A stretch of DNA of 64,000 bases from Tetramitus jugosus (GCA_937625935.1 OW569355.1:1-64000), one strand, 5' to 3'; numbered from the stretch's first letter, positions 22,345 to 33,812 are shown. Made by a program: numbers and translations. Notes: generated from the letters alone by a model not told the origin.

Positions 22345-24255
22345 TTAGTTGCTGAGTTTGGCAATCGCATTTCGAATCACTGGTTCTTGTTGTAGAATCT
22401 CCAGCGCTTTCTCAACAGTGATTGAAGGATTGCTGGAAAGCAACATGGCAACAGGTACAACCTTGTCAGTCTTAACTGCTACTTCAATGTGCTTGCTGAT
22501 GGCTTGTTGTTCGAATTCTTCAATGCTATCAGACCTATAGATGGCCTTGAGCAGGCATTTTCTAGCAGTCTCCTCATCCACATGAACAATATTGGACACG
22601 ATACCAATTGCTCTGTAAAAGAGTTTGTTGTTTGAGACACGGAGGTTAATCATTCTGTTGCCAAACACTGTTCCCTTGAGGACATGAGCACCAGTGGTAA
22701 TTGCATTCAACACTAACTTCAAGCTCAGTTCTGCAAATCCATCCAATCCAGGTACAAGTGACATGTATGGTACACGCACATTGACGACTGGGATGCCTTC
22801 AATAGGAACGTTCTTATGCTTTACACTCGAGTCGGCCGGAGAGCTGACAGGGTACATGCAAGCATGTTCAGGTTCCACGGCGCTCACAGAAATATATGAC
22901 ACAAAAGTATTGCTGTTGTGAGACTGTATCTTTTGAGCCAAACTCAACAGATCTCTCTTTTCTGTTGCATAAACTTCATTCACTGAGTCTGAATCAATGT
23001 CCAAGAACAACACAGTATCAAACTCAGTTAGATTTGGAAGAACTCTTGCTTCGAAATCAGCTGAATCAATAAGTATGGAGTCCTCCATTCTCGGTTGAAT
23101 TGAGTCATATCTGTGGCCAAAAACACTCTTCCATCCATTTGCAATAAATCCTTGCACATCTGTCACCTTTGCGCCATAAGTTGGACCACATTCACTAGCG
23201 TCAATGAATCCAATCATGCCTGCATTACCTGCACCCAAATAGTAGATTGATCCTCCATTTCTCAAAGAGAACGCTGCTCGTTGGATCAAATTAGCAATCT
23301 CTGTGTGTTGATTAGAGAATTGATATGTGTGCAAAACAGTTTGCTGGAATCCATTCAACAATCTGTAGATTACCTCTGATGTTGGAACATTATTGTTAAA
23401 TTGATTGACAACGGCAGATGCGAACATAGTGTCCAAAAGGAATTTGGTTGCACTTCCACCCTTCATACGAGTAGATCCAGTGATACCCTCTGGGTTAACA
23501 ACAGGATTTAAAATGATGAATCTAGAATCCTGTTCTTGAGCCAGTTGGTCCATTTGTTGACAAATTTGATAAAAATTGACAGGTTCACTTGTCACAACAG
23601 GCCAATTTTCAATCGGTGTTTGCCTCGACAGTTCAACTGGATTGAAACCGAGCAAAATGGAACTCAAGTTCTCATTCTTCTTGTTTTGCATTGTGTGATA
23701 CAATTGTCCAGCGATATAAGGTGCAGACATACCACAGGTAATACCCACATAGACCACCTTGTTCTCTGGTGTTTCACCAACGAGATCCTTAAAGTCCTGA
23801 ATGGCCGTTATAGCAGAGTCCTCTGCTGATTCTACAGCTTTCACAAGTGCAATGTGACCACCTGCCAACAAGTACTTGAACAATTCAACTTGTTGATTCT
23901 TGTGGTTGCTTGCATTATTGAGATGACCTCTGATCCGAGTTAAACAGTCATTGTAGCTCTTTGCACAAAAGTAGGATAGACGACCACTTGTACCACAACC
24001 AGAGAAGGCAACAGTTGATCCTTGATCACCACCAAAGAGAACACTTTGGACCAGTGGAGCCATTTGCTTGGTGCACTGAGCAATCAAATTTTGAGACTGC
24101 TTATTGGAGTTCAACAGGGCCAATGGAGAAGAATGAGTTGAGAAGAGTTCATTGTCAACCAACAACAAAAGATCTAGGATTTGTTCTGGTGAGCATTGAT
24201 CAATGTTGACTGTTATGGGATTGGATGTCTCTGTGATCGAAATCTTCTGGCTCAT
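22345..24255 (-). CDS. GCKR: Glucokinase regulatory protein-like (double SIS, MurQ-related)
   Basis: GCGTSGR, GITCGMSAPY, GSTRMKGGSATK, DASECGPTY, KLVLNAITTGAHVLKG...NRMINLRVSNNKLFYRA; 636 aa. Confidence 0.8.
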   Translation of the reverse strand: MSQKISITETSNPITVNIDQCSPEQILDLLLLVDNELFSTHSSPLALLNSNKQSQNLIAQCTKQMAPLVQSVLFGGDQGSTVAFSGCGTSGRLSYFCAKSYNDCLTRIRGHLNNASNHKNQQVELFKYLLAGGHIALVKAVESAEDSAITAIQDFKDLVGETPENKVVYVGITCGMSAPYIAGQLYHTMQNKKNENLSSILLGFNPVELSRQTPIENWPVVTSEPVNFYQICQQMDQLAQEQDSRFIILNPVVNPEGITGSTRMKGGSATKFLLDTMFASAVVNQFNNNVPTSEVIYRLLNGFQQTVLHTYQFSNQHTEIANLIQRAAFSLRNGGSIYYLGAGNAGMIGFIDASECGPTYGAKVTDVQGFIANGWKSVFGHRYDSIQPRMEDSILIDSADFEARVLPNLTEFDTVLFLDIDSDSVNEVYATEKRDLLSLAQKIQSHNSNTFVSYISVSAVEPEHACMYPVSSPADSSVKHKNVPIEGIPVVNVRVPYMSLVPGLDGFAELSLKLVLNAITTGAHVLKGTVFGNRMINLRVSNNKLFYRAIGIVSNIVHVDEETARKCLLKAIYRSDSIEEFEQQAISKHIEVAVKTDKVVPVAMLLSSNPSITVEKALEILQQEPVIRNAIAKLSN

Positions 24256-24582
24256 TTTTTCTTTTCGTGTTTGAAAAGCATGAAGACGGAGTTATTCACA
24301 GTACGGAGTAATAGTGAGCACAAAGCTCTAAACGATTCATCTAACAATGATTCGTCAAGAAGAGACTTGAAAGGAAGAGAGTGGAGACAAGAACACCAAG
24401 TTTGCTCTCATCCGAATCGTGGGAAGATTTTCTATTGGAATTCGTTCTATTTTCTGTCTTGAAATTGGGTATTTTATAGTCGACAGTCAACCGACAGAAT
24501 GATATAAGGATAACCATTGTATTTCATTTCTTCCAAACTAAAAAGAATTAGAAACAAGATAAGAAAGAAACCAAAACAGAAA

Positions 24583-25245
24583 ATGCGTCACGGATGGGTA
24601 TCAATTAACTTCCCCTTGTGTTTCCCAGGGGATTCACAAGTACTATTAGAGAACGGGCAACACAAAACGATGAACCAACTTAAAATCGGAGACAAGATCC
24701 TAGTTACCAAGAAGGATGGTTCTCTCTCTTTTGACACTGTATATAATTTCCTTCATCGAGAGGTCAACCCAACGGCTCCATACACCGAAATTGTCTTGAG
24801 CAATTCTACAAAGATTACTCTGTCTGCCTACCATCTCATTTTCAGAGCAGGAAAGGATAATTCCTACGAGGCTGTTCCAGCGTGTGAAATAAGCACTGGG
24901 GATATTTTGTACATCTCTAATTATAATCCTATCAACTTTTGCCACGAGACATCAACAGTCACAGTAACAGAAACAGTGGATGACGTGATAAAACAGGGAA
25001 TCTATGCACCATTAACCTTTAGTGGTACAATTGTCGTGGATCAAGTCCTGGTTTCTTGCTATGCACAGTATGACAAGATCAAGAGTCACAAGGTGTCACA
25101 CGCAGCTCTCAAGCCATTGAGAATCAGAGCAAAGCTGACGAGAAAACAATCAAGAGATGAGAAGGAAATGAAGGAAGGATGGAATCCATACTGTTCACTT
25201 CTCGGCAAGGGTGTATATCCCTTATACAGGGTGTTCGCTTCCTAA
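24583..25245 (+). CDS. Hedgehog-type Hint (Hog) domain protein with a 12-aa N-terminal extein
   Basis: CFPGDS, LKIGDKIL, LSAYHLIF, GIYAPLTFSGTIVVDQVLVSCYA, and an SRR-like tail (SHAALKPLR...GWNPYCSLL). Confidence 0.85.
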   Translation: MRHGWVSINFPLCFPGDSQVLLENGQHKTMNQLKIGDKILVTKKDGSLSFDTVYNFLHREVNPTAPYTEIVLSNSTKITLSAYHLIFRAGKDNSYEAVPACEISTGDILYISNYNPINFCHETSTVTVTETVDDVIKQGIYAPLTFSGTIVVDQVLVSCYAQYDKIKSHKVSHAALKPLRIRAKLTRKQSRDEKEMKEGWNPYCSLLGKGVYPLYRVFAS

Positions 25246-25506
25246 TGGGTACGACCCACTGATAGACACTCTAACTGTAAATAAATAGCGACCGGTTGAG
25301 TTTGGTCGCTCCAAATTCGTATTCCCATCGGACTTTCTAAAATTCACATCACTAAAATTCGCAGTCGATTTTTGCCTCCACACCCAAACGTCGTCGGAAT
25401 CTTCAAAATTAAACTTCGATCACAACAAATCAACAACAAAAAAACCAACAATCAACAACGATTCTGCTATTGCTTGTCTTGTCAGATTTAAAAATTTAAA
25501 GAGAGA

Positions 25507-26547
25507 ATGCAGGATTTCTTCTTTCAAAACTTTGGTGCCATCACTTCCATTGCAGCATTCTACCTGTTCAATGTCACAACAGTCGTACTCAACAAGTACC
25601 TCTACCAAGTACTCAATTTTCAATATCCATTTGCTCTCACTGCTGTTCACATGATTGTTTGCTTCATTGGAAGCTTTTTAGCTCTCAGAGTCTTCACCAT
25701 CAAACAATTCCCATTTAAGACCATCAAGAATGATGCCTACGTGTCCCGAGTTTTGCCACTCAGCGTTCTGTTTTGTGCCAATATTATTTTGGGAAATATT
25801 TCCCTGCGCTATGTTCCAGTTAGCTTTATGCAAACGGTCAAATCCTCGGTTCCCGCCTTTTCTGTCGCTCTACAGTATTTTTTCATGGGAAAGCGCTTTG
25901 ATCAAAAAACATACTTGACCGTGTTTTTGGTCGTTGTGGGTGTGGCTGCCAGTACAGTGACTGAACTTGAGTTTGAAATGATTGGTTTCGTCACTGCTGT
26001 TGTTGCTAGTGTAACTACTGCTGCTCAAGCCATTTTGATTGGAAAGCTCTTGTCTGGTGAGAATCAATTGGACTCGATGAACCTTGTGTACTATATGGCA
26101 TTGCCTAGTGCTATCATTTTGCTTCCATTTGTCTTTTACTATGAATTGGACAGCATTATTTTTGATTGGGATATGCTGAATGTGATGGGTGTGGGCATTT
26201 TGTTGATGAGTGGTGCGATTGCCTATGGATTGAACGTGACAAGTTTCCTCGTTGTCAGGTACACTTCTCCACTGACTTACAATGTCGCTGGTAACTTTAA
26301 GATTATCTTGAGCATTACGATTTCAGTGCTCATCTTTAAAAACAAGATTGGATTTGTGAACATGTTGGGATGTGGTATTGCTATTATTGGTGTTTGGATG
26401 TACAATACACACAGAATGAACGTGAACAAGATGGAGGCAGAGGAAGCAAACAAGAGAAAGAATTATCAACCATTGGAAGTCAGAGTCGAAGAGATGGCTG
26501 ATGAGAGCAAGTTGACCAACCAGGACTCAAGTCCTCTTAAACAGTAG
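25507..26547 (+). CDS. Nucleotide-sugar transporter (TPT family)
   Basis: LNKYLY..FQYP, GNISLRYVPVSFMQTVKS, TSPLTYNVAGNFK. Confidence 0.92.
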   Translation: MQDFFFQNFGAITSIAAFYLFNVTTVVLNKYLYQVLNFQYPFALTAVHMIVCFIGSFLALRVFTIKQFPFKTIKNDAYVSRVLPLSVLFCANIILGNISLRYVPVSFMQTVKSSVPAFSVALQYFFMGKRFDQKTYLTVFLVVVGVAASTVTELEFEMIGFVTAVVASVTTAAQAILIGKLLSGENQLDSMNLVYYMALPSAIILLPFVFYYELDSIIFDWDMLNVMGVGILLMSGAIAYGLNVTSFLVVRYTSPLTYNVAGNFKIILSITISVLIFKNKIGFVNMLGCGIAIIGVWMYNTHRMNVNKMEAEEANKRKNYQPLEVRVEEMADESKLTNQDSSPLKQ

Positions 26548-26805
26548 ATACACAAACACCTAGAAACAATACATTCATTTGATTTTTGTATTCGTGAAGA
26601 GTCAGCGAACTTTTTTTGTAAATTATATATTTTTATTCCTTGATCAATCAGTTGACCAAAACATCCACCAAAAAATCTACTGGAACACGTTAGAAAAGCA
26701 GCCAGCTAACGAATCAGCACATGATCGAAATACAAACCAGATCAATTACTTGAAGAAACTGCAACCTCATTAATTCCACCAGCACAGTTGAACAAACATA
26801 CTAAC

Positions 26806-28353
26806 ATGTTAGCACTCAAGAAACACTTTTCAAGGAGCACCCAGAAGATCAAGAGAAGTATCAAGGGCCAAAAGCATACAGATGAAACATTTGATACACT
26901 GATCCACACGGTGCACGCAGAACAAAGAGCTATTGGACACTTTGACAGACATGTGACCCAAATGATTATTGACATGGAAGATCAATGTCGCTTGTACCGT
27001 TCGTTGGGTGATGATCTGCATTTAATGTACAGTTGTGGTTCAGCACCTGCTGCCGCAACGACCTCTACGACAACCACAAGCGTAGATACACCTCAAGATG
27101 ACTTGGAGGAGGCAACGATAACCACGCAATCAACCACGACGACAACCACCACCACAGTCAAGCACAGTGATTTGGGAACTCGGGTAGAAGCGATTGCTGA
27201 TCGAATGCAGCAAGAAGTTGTTCAACCATTTATCCAGAGGGCAAGAGTCGTTCAACAGAAATTGGAGGGATACAAGACCGAATTAGGCCAGTTAGAGAAG
27301 ACAGAGGTCATCAAGAGAAGAAACAACCGTTTACTGGACTTTGAAATTATTGAGAGAAAGTTCCACGCTGCTCAATCGAAGCCTCCAGCGAACCCGCAAG
27401 CAGAAAAAGAGTTGGTGGAGCTCTCTGCTCAATATGACACAGTCAAGCTACAGTTTGATGAATTGGACAAACAGGCCAAGGAGATTCTCAGAGGAGCAAT
27501 CATTAGGCGATACACTGTGATACACGATGTACTTGCTGAATTCTTCTATGAAATTTTGGGTCAATACCACTCAGCAATGGGAAAGTTGAGTCAAGTTTTC
27601 TTTGAGATTCACCATAGTGTCCAAGCACCTCAGCCGTTGGGTCATGAGTTGATGGATGCCACTTCAGAATCAATTTTGCCACCTATTCCAAAATTTGCTG
27701 CTTCCAGCTCGACTGCTGTTCCTGACATTTTGTTGCCTGAGAGCAGTAGTGCCATGTCCACCAAGGGACTATCCATTGGAAAAGAGTCTGGTTATCTAAA
27801 TGTAGGAGTTGAGCAACAAGTAACAACGACTGGTGGTGATTTGTTGGATTTGGGTGGTATGGAAACACTCTCCGTGAGCAAAGCACCTGAGTCTCGATTG
27901 TCAAGAGCAATGGAACTGGGTGGACCAACTCATTCCATCGTGGAGGCTCCCTATAGACCCAAGTCATTGGATCCAACTCAAGATATCGTTACTACCACGA
28001 AACCTGATCCATGGGCAAACTTCCCATCTTCAATCGACAATGTGAAGATGGGTGAATCATCCATGTTGGACAATTTGATGTTGCCTACTGATTCGACTGG
28101 ACACCAACAAACAGTGGTCCATGATCATATTCATGATGTTAGCTTCGATAAAAGAGAAGTGCCGTCAGAAATCAATCAGAGTTGGTTCTACTTGGATGAC
28201 TCTGGTGAAAGACAGGGTCCAGTGTCATTCCCAGAACTCCGTATGCTAAAGAGTGAAGGAGTTGTTCATGACGAGACTCAGATCTTCACTGATGGTATGG
28301 ACAAGTGGGTACCTCTCAAGGAACAAATGAATCTACCAACTTACATGGTCTGA
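26806..28353 (+). CDS. BAR-like domain protein with C-terminal GYF_2 domain
   Basis: HTDETFD and IKRRNNRLLDF helical N-terminus; WFYLDDSGERQGPVSFPEL...DETQIFTDGMDKW. Confidence 0.75.
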   Translation: MLALKKHFSRSTQKIKRSIKGQKHTDETFDTLIHTVHAEQRAIGHFDRHVTQMIIDMEDQCRLYRSLGDDLHLMYSCGSAPAAATTSTTTTSVDTPQDDLEEATITTQSTTTTTTTTVKHSDLGTRVEAIADRMQQEVVQPFIQRARVVQQKLEGYKTELGQLEKTEVIKRRNNRLLDFEIIERKFHAAQSKPPANPQAEKELVELSAQYDTVKLQFDELDKQAKEILRGAIIRRYTVIHDVLAEFFYEILGQYHSAMGKLSQVFFEIHHSVQAPQPLGHELMDATSESILPPIPKFAASSSTAVPDILLPESSSAMSTKGLSIGKESGYLNVGVEQQVTTTGGDLLDLGGMETLSVSKAPESRLSRAMELGGPTHSIVEAPYRPKSLDPTQDIVTTTKPDPWANFPSSIDNVKMGESSMLDNLMLPTDSTGHQQTVVHDHIHDVSFDKREVPSEINQSWFYLDDSGERQGPVSFPELRMLKSEGVVHDETQIFTDGMDKWVPLKEQMNLPTYMV

Positions 28354-28403
28354 ACAACTTAATAGTTGAACGATTACAATAAATATAAACAATTCTGTAA
28401 CTT

Positions 28404-29225
28404 TTACTTTTGCTTCTTTGCACTTGCTTCAGATTCCAAGTGAAGCTTGAATACATTGAACACAATGAAACAAACAAGAGTGACCAACACGCCATGAATC
28501 GCAAGAGCCAAATTCTGATCACTGCCCAACAAAGTTGTCAATCCATTCGCAGTCACAACAACAATGACTCGTGTCAACACTTGCGACACAAATGGCAACA
28601 GAGCAATCAACACACTGAGCAGTCCAGTGATTGTCTCACGTCTCTTGCTAAACAACAAAACAGACGCAGCCAATGCAATATTCAAATAAAGAGAGAGATT
28701 GGCATGAATAGCTCCTCTCAACCAATCAAAATCAAATTCAACAGCATGTTTCGATGTTACACTGCTCAAAAACAGTGGCAACAATCGATTCAACACATTT
28801 TCAGCAGTTGTCCAACCCAGAGCTACACCAATGGCCTTTGGTTCATCCGATCCACCAAACAACTTTACAATATTGCCGCCAAACAAGAAACACATGGACA
28901 CAAAATCCAACAAACACAACAAAATCCTCACCAGATCGTACACACTAAAAAGCGCGCCAACCTGATTTTCTCCGACTTTGAACAAAGTCACGTCGGAGAT
29001 AACAGAGGAACTGTAGTGATCAGAGGGAAAAAAAGTTGCGACACACAACATTTTGAGGAATAGTGTAATGACGTAGGCAACAACACCATAGTGCAAATTA
29101 AAAAAGGACTGATTGACACTTTTGCTGCTTCCCACGTTTTGTGAGAGTTGTCTTGACGATTTGAATATGATGAATATGGGCGCAAATATCAGTGCACCAA
29201 GTGTGACAAAGTGAAGCAATGCCAT
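28404..29225 (-). CDS. TMEM147: TMEM147-like BOS complex subunit
   Basis: MALLHF, KMLCVATFFP, VALGWTTAE..LNRLLPL, EFDFDWL. Confidence 0.8.
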   Translation of the reverse strand: MALLHFVTLGALIFAPIFIIFKSSRQLSQNVGSSKSVNQSFFNLHYGVVAYVITLFLKMLCVATFFPSDHYSSSVISDVTLFKVGENQVGALFSVYDLVRILLCLLDFVSMCFLFGGNIVKLFGGSDEPKAIGVALGWTTAENVLNRLLPLFLSSVTSKHAVEFDFDWLRGAIHANLSLYLNIALAASVLLFSKRRETITGLLSVLIALLPFVSQVLTRVIVVVTANGLTTLLGSDQNLALAIHGVLVTLVCFIVFNVFKLHLESEASAKKQK

Positions 29226-29416
29226 TATGTGTGTTTGTTCGACGTCTCTTGTTTGTTGTTTGTTTCAATTAGAATTTTTTTCTTGGCGGACTGTGTGATC
29301 AAAATTTTGAGCATGATATTCCCCGATGGTTCAACCTCGCAGTGCATCTGCAACAACTTCAAAAAAAAAGTTTGTGCAGGTTTCACACGAAAAAACAAAA
29401 GACAACGCAGCAGACA

Positions 29417-31444
29417 ATGGGCAAAAAGCAAAGACAACAAAAATCAGTTACATTCAAACTTGTGCACAACAGGACCAATGGAGAGCGTGTTCTCGTCATG
29501 GTTCCTCCAAAGGGAGTATGTTGATCGATGACTCGTTTTTTTTTCACTTCTCGTTTTTCTCCGCTTACCAATGAATTCTCCTACTGTGCACAGAAAGTAA
29601 AGCCGAGTATCAAGAATACTGTTCAAAAATTGGCAAATGAAATGCCAGACTTTATCGTTCGTGAGGATGAGCTCGAGTTCACTCCTCCACAGAATCCATA
29701 CCTCGATTACTCCCTCTATCTAGATACTCCGCAAATCGGAGAAACTGCACTTCATTTTGATGAAGAGCATGATGAAAATGAAACAGAGGAAGAAACTGCG
29801 CTTCGATTACAAAAAACTGTCGATGGAATGTTCCCTCACGACGGTTACGACTACTCCAAGCATTTTCGTGACCCTGGTGAGGGTCTTTTCATTCCCGCCA
29901 GTAAAGACATTTATCAACCGCCACAATTCGCGCCAAAAAAAGGCCTAGAGAAACCCACTACGGGTGAGCATGAAAATGCAACATTGATTGGAAAAGCTTC
30001 TGCGATTAGTGCAGCTCTCAATCAATCCTCTGTGAACAATTCTGAGACTGCAGCAAGTGCAGCCATCAGAGGACCAAAGCCTGATGTGAGAACAATCTTG
30101 GTCAAGGGAGCTAGAGTGCTTGATGATCAATTGGATCCTGATATCATTGCTGCATTGGAGTCTGATGATGAATCAGATGAATCAGGTGATGAAGAAGAGG
30201 TACAAGACAATGGACAAAAACAACAAGCAGCAGTCAAGAGTGGAGGCAGAAACTACAGGTCAAGAGCTCAACCTCCACCTCCAACAAGAAGAATTGTCAA
30301 GACGGATGCAGATGATGACTATTTTGAGAACATGTTGAAACAGATGAATGAGGGAGGTCAAGTCGATGAAGAAGGCAATGAATTTTTTGTCGATGAAGAA
30401 TTTGAAGAGGGAGAAGACTATTATGATGATGATGATGAAGAGTATGATGGTCAATATGATGACGAAGATGGAGAGTATGGTGATGAAGATGGTGAATTTT
30501 ATGATGATGAAGGTGTCATTGATCGTCAATTGCAAAACAGAGAATATTTTTCAAAGGAAAAAATTGATCGATTGGAAGCAAAGAAGCAGCTCAATTCTCA
30601 GTTTGATTATTTAATGAGAGAAGAGTATGGTGAAGATGAGGAACAAGAGATGGAAAAGTATGAGAATTTGAGATCTACCATGGACAATGTTGCCGAGCGA
30701 TTGGAAGGTGATTTGTTGGATGATTTTATTAACATTCCAGAGAATTTGAGAGCTCACAAGGCATTTTTCACTGATATGACCTATGAACAAGCTGTCAAGA
30801 CGATTGCTGATGCTGATTTGAGAAGAATTGCAGAGAATTTACCACCTGATGCCATCTTGTTGACCGAAGAGACAAAGCCAACTGCCTGGGTCGGAGCAGT
30901 TCTCAATTCTGAAATTGTAGATATCAATCTGAAGAGATTGGAGCATAATCCAAAGTTGGGACTAGAGGCCAGTGATGACGAAGGTGAGTATGAGATGCTT
31001 GAAGTTGAGGACGAAGAGGAACAAAAGAGATGGGATTGTGAAACTATTTTGACCACGTATTCCAACTTGGAGAATCATCCTCGTTTGATTTCAGAGTCTA
31101 TTACATTGAAGGGACTCGCCAAGAAGCGGAAACAGATTCAACTCTCACAAAAGTCTGGTCTTCCACTCAATGTCATACCTACAAGGCAGAAGCAAGAGGA
31201 GCAAGTTGAAGACTCTGAGGACGAATACACTGACGAGGAAGAAGATGCAAATGAAGGTAGAGCCAGACCAAAGCAAGAAACAAAAGAAGAGAAGGCTCTT
31301 CGGAAGAAGTTGGTAAAGCAGATTAAACAAGAGAAGAGGACCCAGAAGAAGGCTATGAAGGAAGCCTTCAAGAATGAGGAGAGAGAACAAACAAAGGTCC
31401 TGACACAACAACAAGGATCAAGAAAGATCATTATCAAATATTAA
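29417..31444 (+). CDS. LTV1: LTV1 40S ribosome biogenesis factor, 2 exons (29417-29515, 29594-31444)
   Basis: Exon 1 MGKK...VTFKLVH; 78-nt GTATG..CAG intron keeps frame; DGYDYSKHFR, WDCETILTTYSNLENHPRLI, ETKEEK. Confidence 0.9.
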
Positions 31445-31467
31445 ACGGATACTTAACATTATATTTC

Positions 31468-33633
31468 CTACGTATTGACTGGACTGTTGGATGGTGCTTT
31501 CCGAAGTGACTTGAGGCTGGCTTGTTTTGTTGGTGTACCAAGAGTGGTAGTCGAGTGCGGAGGTGATTTCCAGGAAGGATATGGAGTTTCGTTGTTTCTG
31601 GGAGAATTGACCTCATTTTCTATTGTTATTTCTGGTGACGACTGTGAAGTGGATGGGGAGAGCGCTTGGCTGGCTAGCTTCTCTAACTCAGATAACACTC
31701 TTGCTCGTCTCTCGTCCTCTTCCAAAAAGTTTGGTTGAATGAAAGGACGATGAGTAGAGTGATGCACATCAAAACCCGAGTCACTCATTAGTTGCTTTTC
31801 TAAATTGGCCATCCTCTGTTTTAGTCTGTTATTCTCAGAACTGAGACTGTCAACAGACTTCTTGAGTTGCCGATTCGTATTCTCTAAATCGAACCTAATG
31901 AGAGTTTGATCGTTCAATTGATTTTCTAATGACTGAATCCTCCTGCTCTCCGTCTCTGATACGAGTTTCAATTCTTGATAAGCTGTCCTTCCAGAGCAGT
32001 TGATCTGTGATAGTGGAGAGTTTGGTATGGCAGTAGAAAACTCGGCCACTGCAGCAGAGAATCGTTCGCTTCTCTTATTTTTTCGAAGGTCTAACTCAAG
32101 TTCTTCAACAACATGACTGTCTATCTGACTTATCAATTGTTGGATCGTGGTATCTTGATCAATTAATTGTTCCAACAATTGGGCCACTGCCTCCTCAATA
32201 TTGGATACGACTTGATTAGCAATGGTTTGAGATGGCAGAAGAATAGAAGCAATATCAACGATATGATGCTTTTGTAATGTTTGAGAAATATTGTGGAGCA
32301 TTTCGAGTTGACACCTCTGTTTCTGATTGTAATCCTCAGATAGCTGTAAGTTTTTCTCATACATTTCAATCAGATTTTGTTGTTCTTGCAATTGTTCTTG
32401 GATTGAATGATGAGAAGGAGATGAGATGTGATTAGTGATCTTTTCTTTTTGTTTGTCTCCTCTTACGGGCTCCTTCTTTCGAGGAGATATCGACTCTGTT
32501 GAGCTTTCATTGCCCGAAACCTCATCAATACTCTCCATCGATTCTTCAATAGCTGAATCAGCTGCTTCGAGATCGTTTCTATCCATTTTCGAATGAGTCA
32601 TCATTACCCTCTGCCCATATTGAATGCTCGACACTGACTCTGCGTTGTATTCTTCGGCCAAAGAAATATATATGATAAGCCAGATTTTAGTATCTTCATC
32701 AATGATCTGATATAGAGCTCTTGTGAGTTTGGAGTCCCTCCAGTGAGATGGCTTCCTCTTTGAACGACTCTGCAGAGAAGTCAACATACTTCCCAGTGTA
32801 GAAAGAGACTTGTTGACGGACCGAACGGCCTCCAAATGAATAGTCTCGGATTTTGCAGTTCTCTCCGGACACGCTAGGTCGACCCAACATAATGCTCCAC
32901 TGAACGTCATATTTGTGGTTATGTTCAATGTTGAAACTCGAAAGACATTGAGAACATGAGACTTGGGATTTCTATTCTGAGATGAATACTGTAGTAGCAC
33001 ATGAACATCATCCATTGACTTCACTAAATAGTTTTGAGATTGAGAGAAGAAGGGTGCATCCATTCGCTCTGTAATCCTAATAGGCTTCTCGCAATCAGGG
33101 TTGAGTAAATCACGAACAGCATCGTTGAATATTTCGATACAAGTCAAGCTAGTAGTGTACTGGCGATCTGAACCTGAATCTACTTCGATGAGATCCAACA
33201 CATCGGCAACACACTCTCCAAACAATGTTGGACGTCCCTTCTCTGTTGATAGTCCACTATTAATTGTAGAATTCTTTGCTGTGTCTTGTTGACCATACGA
33301 TAGAACACAAACATTCTTTCCACTGAGCAAATTCTCCACAAAAGGAGCCACCGTTTCGTTGTACACATGAGTGTGCGAAGCTTTGTCATCAAACACACGA
33401 TCAAACTCGTTGATATTATGAGTGAAGAAGTCCAAGTTCTCCACCAAAACTGTGTTTTGATCAGAATCGAGTGTGATACCTTGATTTAGAGCTTCAGATT
33501 CCTCGAGAGACCGAGCTCTAATGGCACATGAGATTTGATGATCTTGACTCGAAGGCAAAACCTTGCGAGATGCAAAAGATACCTTCTTGTTAGAGTTTGG
33601 GGTCAGTAGAGCTTCGTTCTTATTTTTCATCAT
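31468..33633 (-). CDS. Kinesin-like protein with degenerate motor motifs and coiled-coil tail
   Basis: FDRVFD, EIFNDAVRDLL, VNKSLSTLG, WRDSKLTRAL present; P-loop and switches altered; start codon uncertain. Confidence 0.8.
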   Translation of the reverse strand: MMKNKNEALLTPNSNKKVSFASRKVLPSSQDHQISCAIRARSLEESEALNQGITLDSDQNTVLVENLDFFTHNINEFDRVFDDKASHTHVYNETVAPFVENLLSGKNVCVLSYGQQDTAKNSTINSGLSTEKGRPTLFGECVADVLDLIEVDSGSDRQYTTSLTCIEIFNDAVRDLLNPDCEKPIRITERMDAPFFSQSQNYLVKSMDDVHVLLQYSSQNRNPKSHVLNVFRVSTLNITTNMTFSGALCWVDLACPERTAKSETIHLEAVRSVNKSLSTLGSMLTSLQSRSKRKPSHWRDSKLTRALYQIIDEDTKIWLIIYISLAEEYNAESVSSIQYGQRVMMTHSKMDRNDLEAADSAIEESMESIDEVSGNESSTESISPRKKEPVRGDKQKEKITNHISSPSHHSIQEQLQEQQNLIEMYEKNLQLSEDYNQKQRCQLEMLHNISQTLQKHHIVDIASILLPSQTIANQVVSNIEEAVAQLLEQLIDQDTTIQQLISQIDSHVVEELELDLRKNKRSERFSAAVAEFSTAIPNSPLSQINCSGRTAYQELKLVSETESRRIQSLENQLNDQTLIRFDLENTNRQLKKSVDSLSSENNRLKQRMANLEKQLMSDSGFDVHHSTHRPFIQPNFLEEDERRARVLSELEKLASQALSPSTSQSSPEITIENEVNSPRNNETPYPSWKSPPHSTTTLGTPTKQASLKSLRKAPSNSPVNT

Positions 33634-33812
33634 TGTACTTTGGTGGTCAAGGTTCAACTGCTCGTTCTCGTTTTCTTGCTCGTTACCCGACAAATTGGCT
33701 TCTCAACTCATCATCACCAAGTATGCATCGAAGATAGCACATGTTAGATAGAATAAGGACACAACAGAATAATATTGAATAAAAGTTGGAAAGTATACAA
33801 AATTGAAATCTT

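Noticed and set aside
28410-29063. Long antisense ORFs (28410-29063, 42973-43605, 46114-46869, 6475-7071 and similar)
   Set aside because: They are shadows of real genes or TE ORFs on the opposite strand, with no independent motifs.
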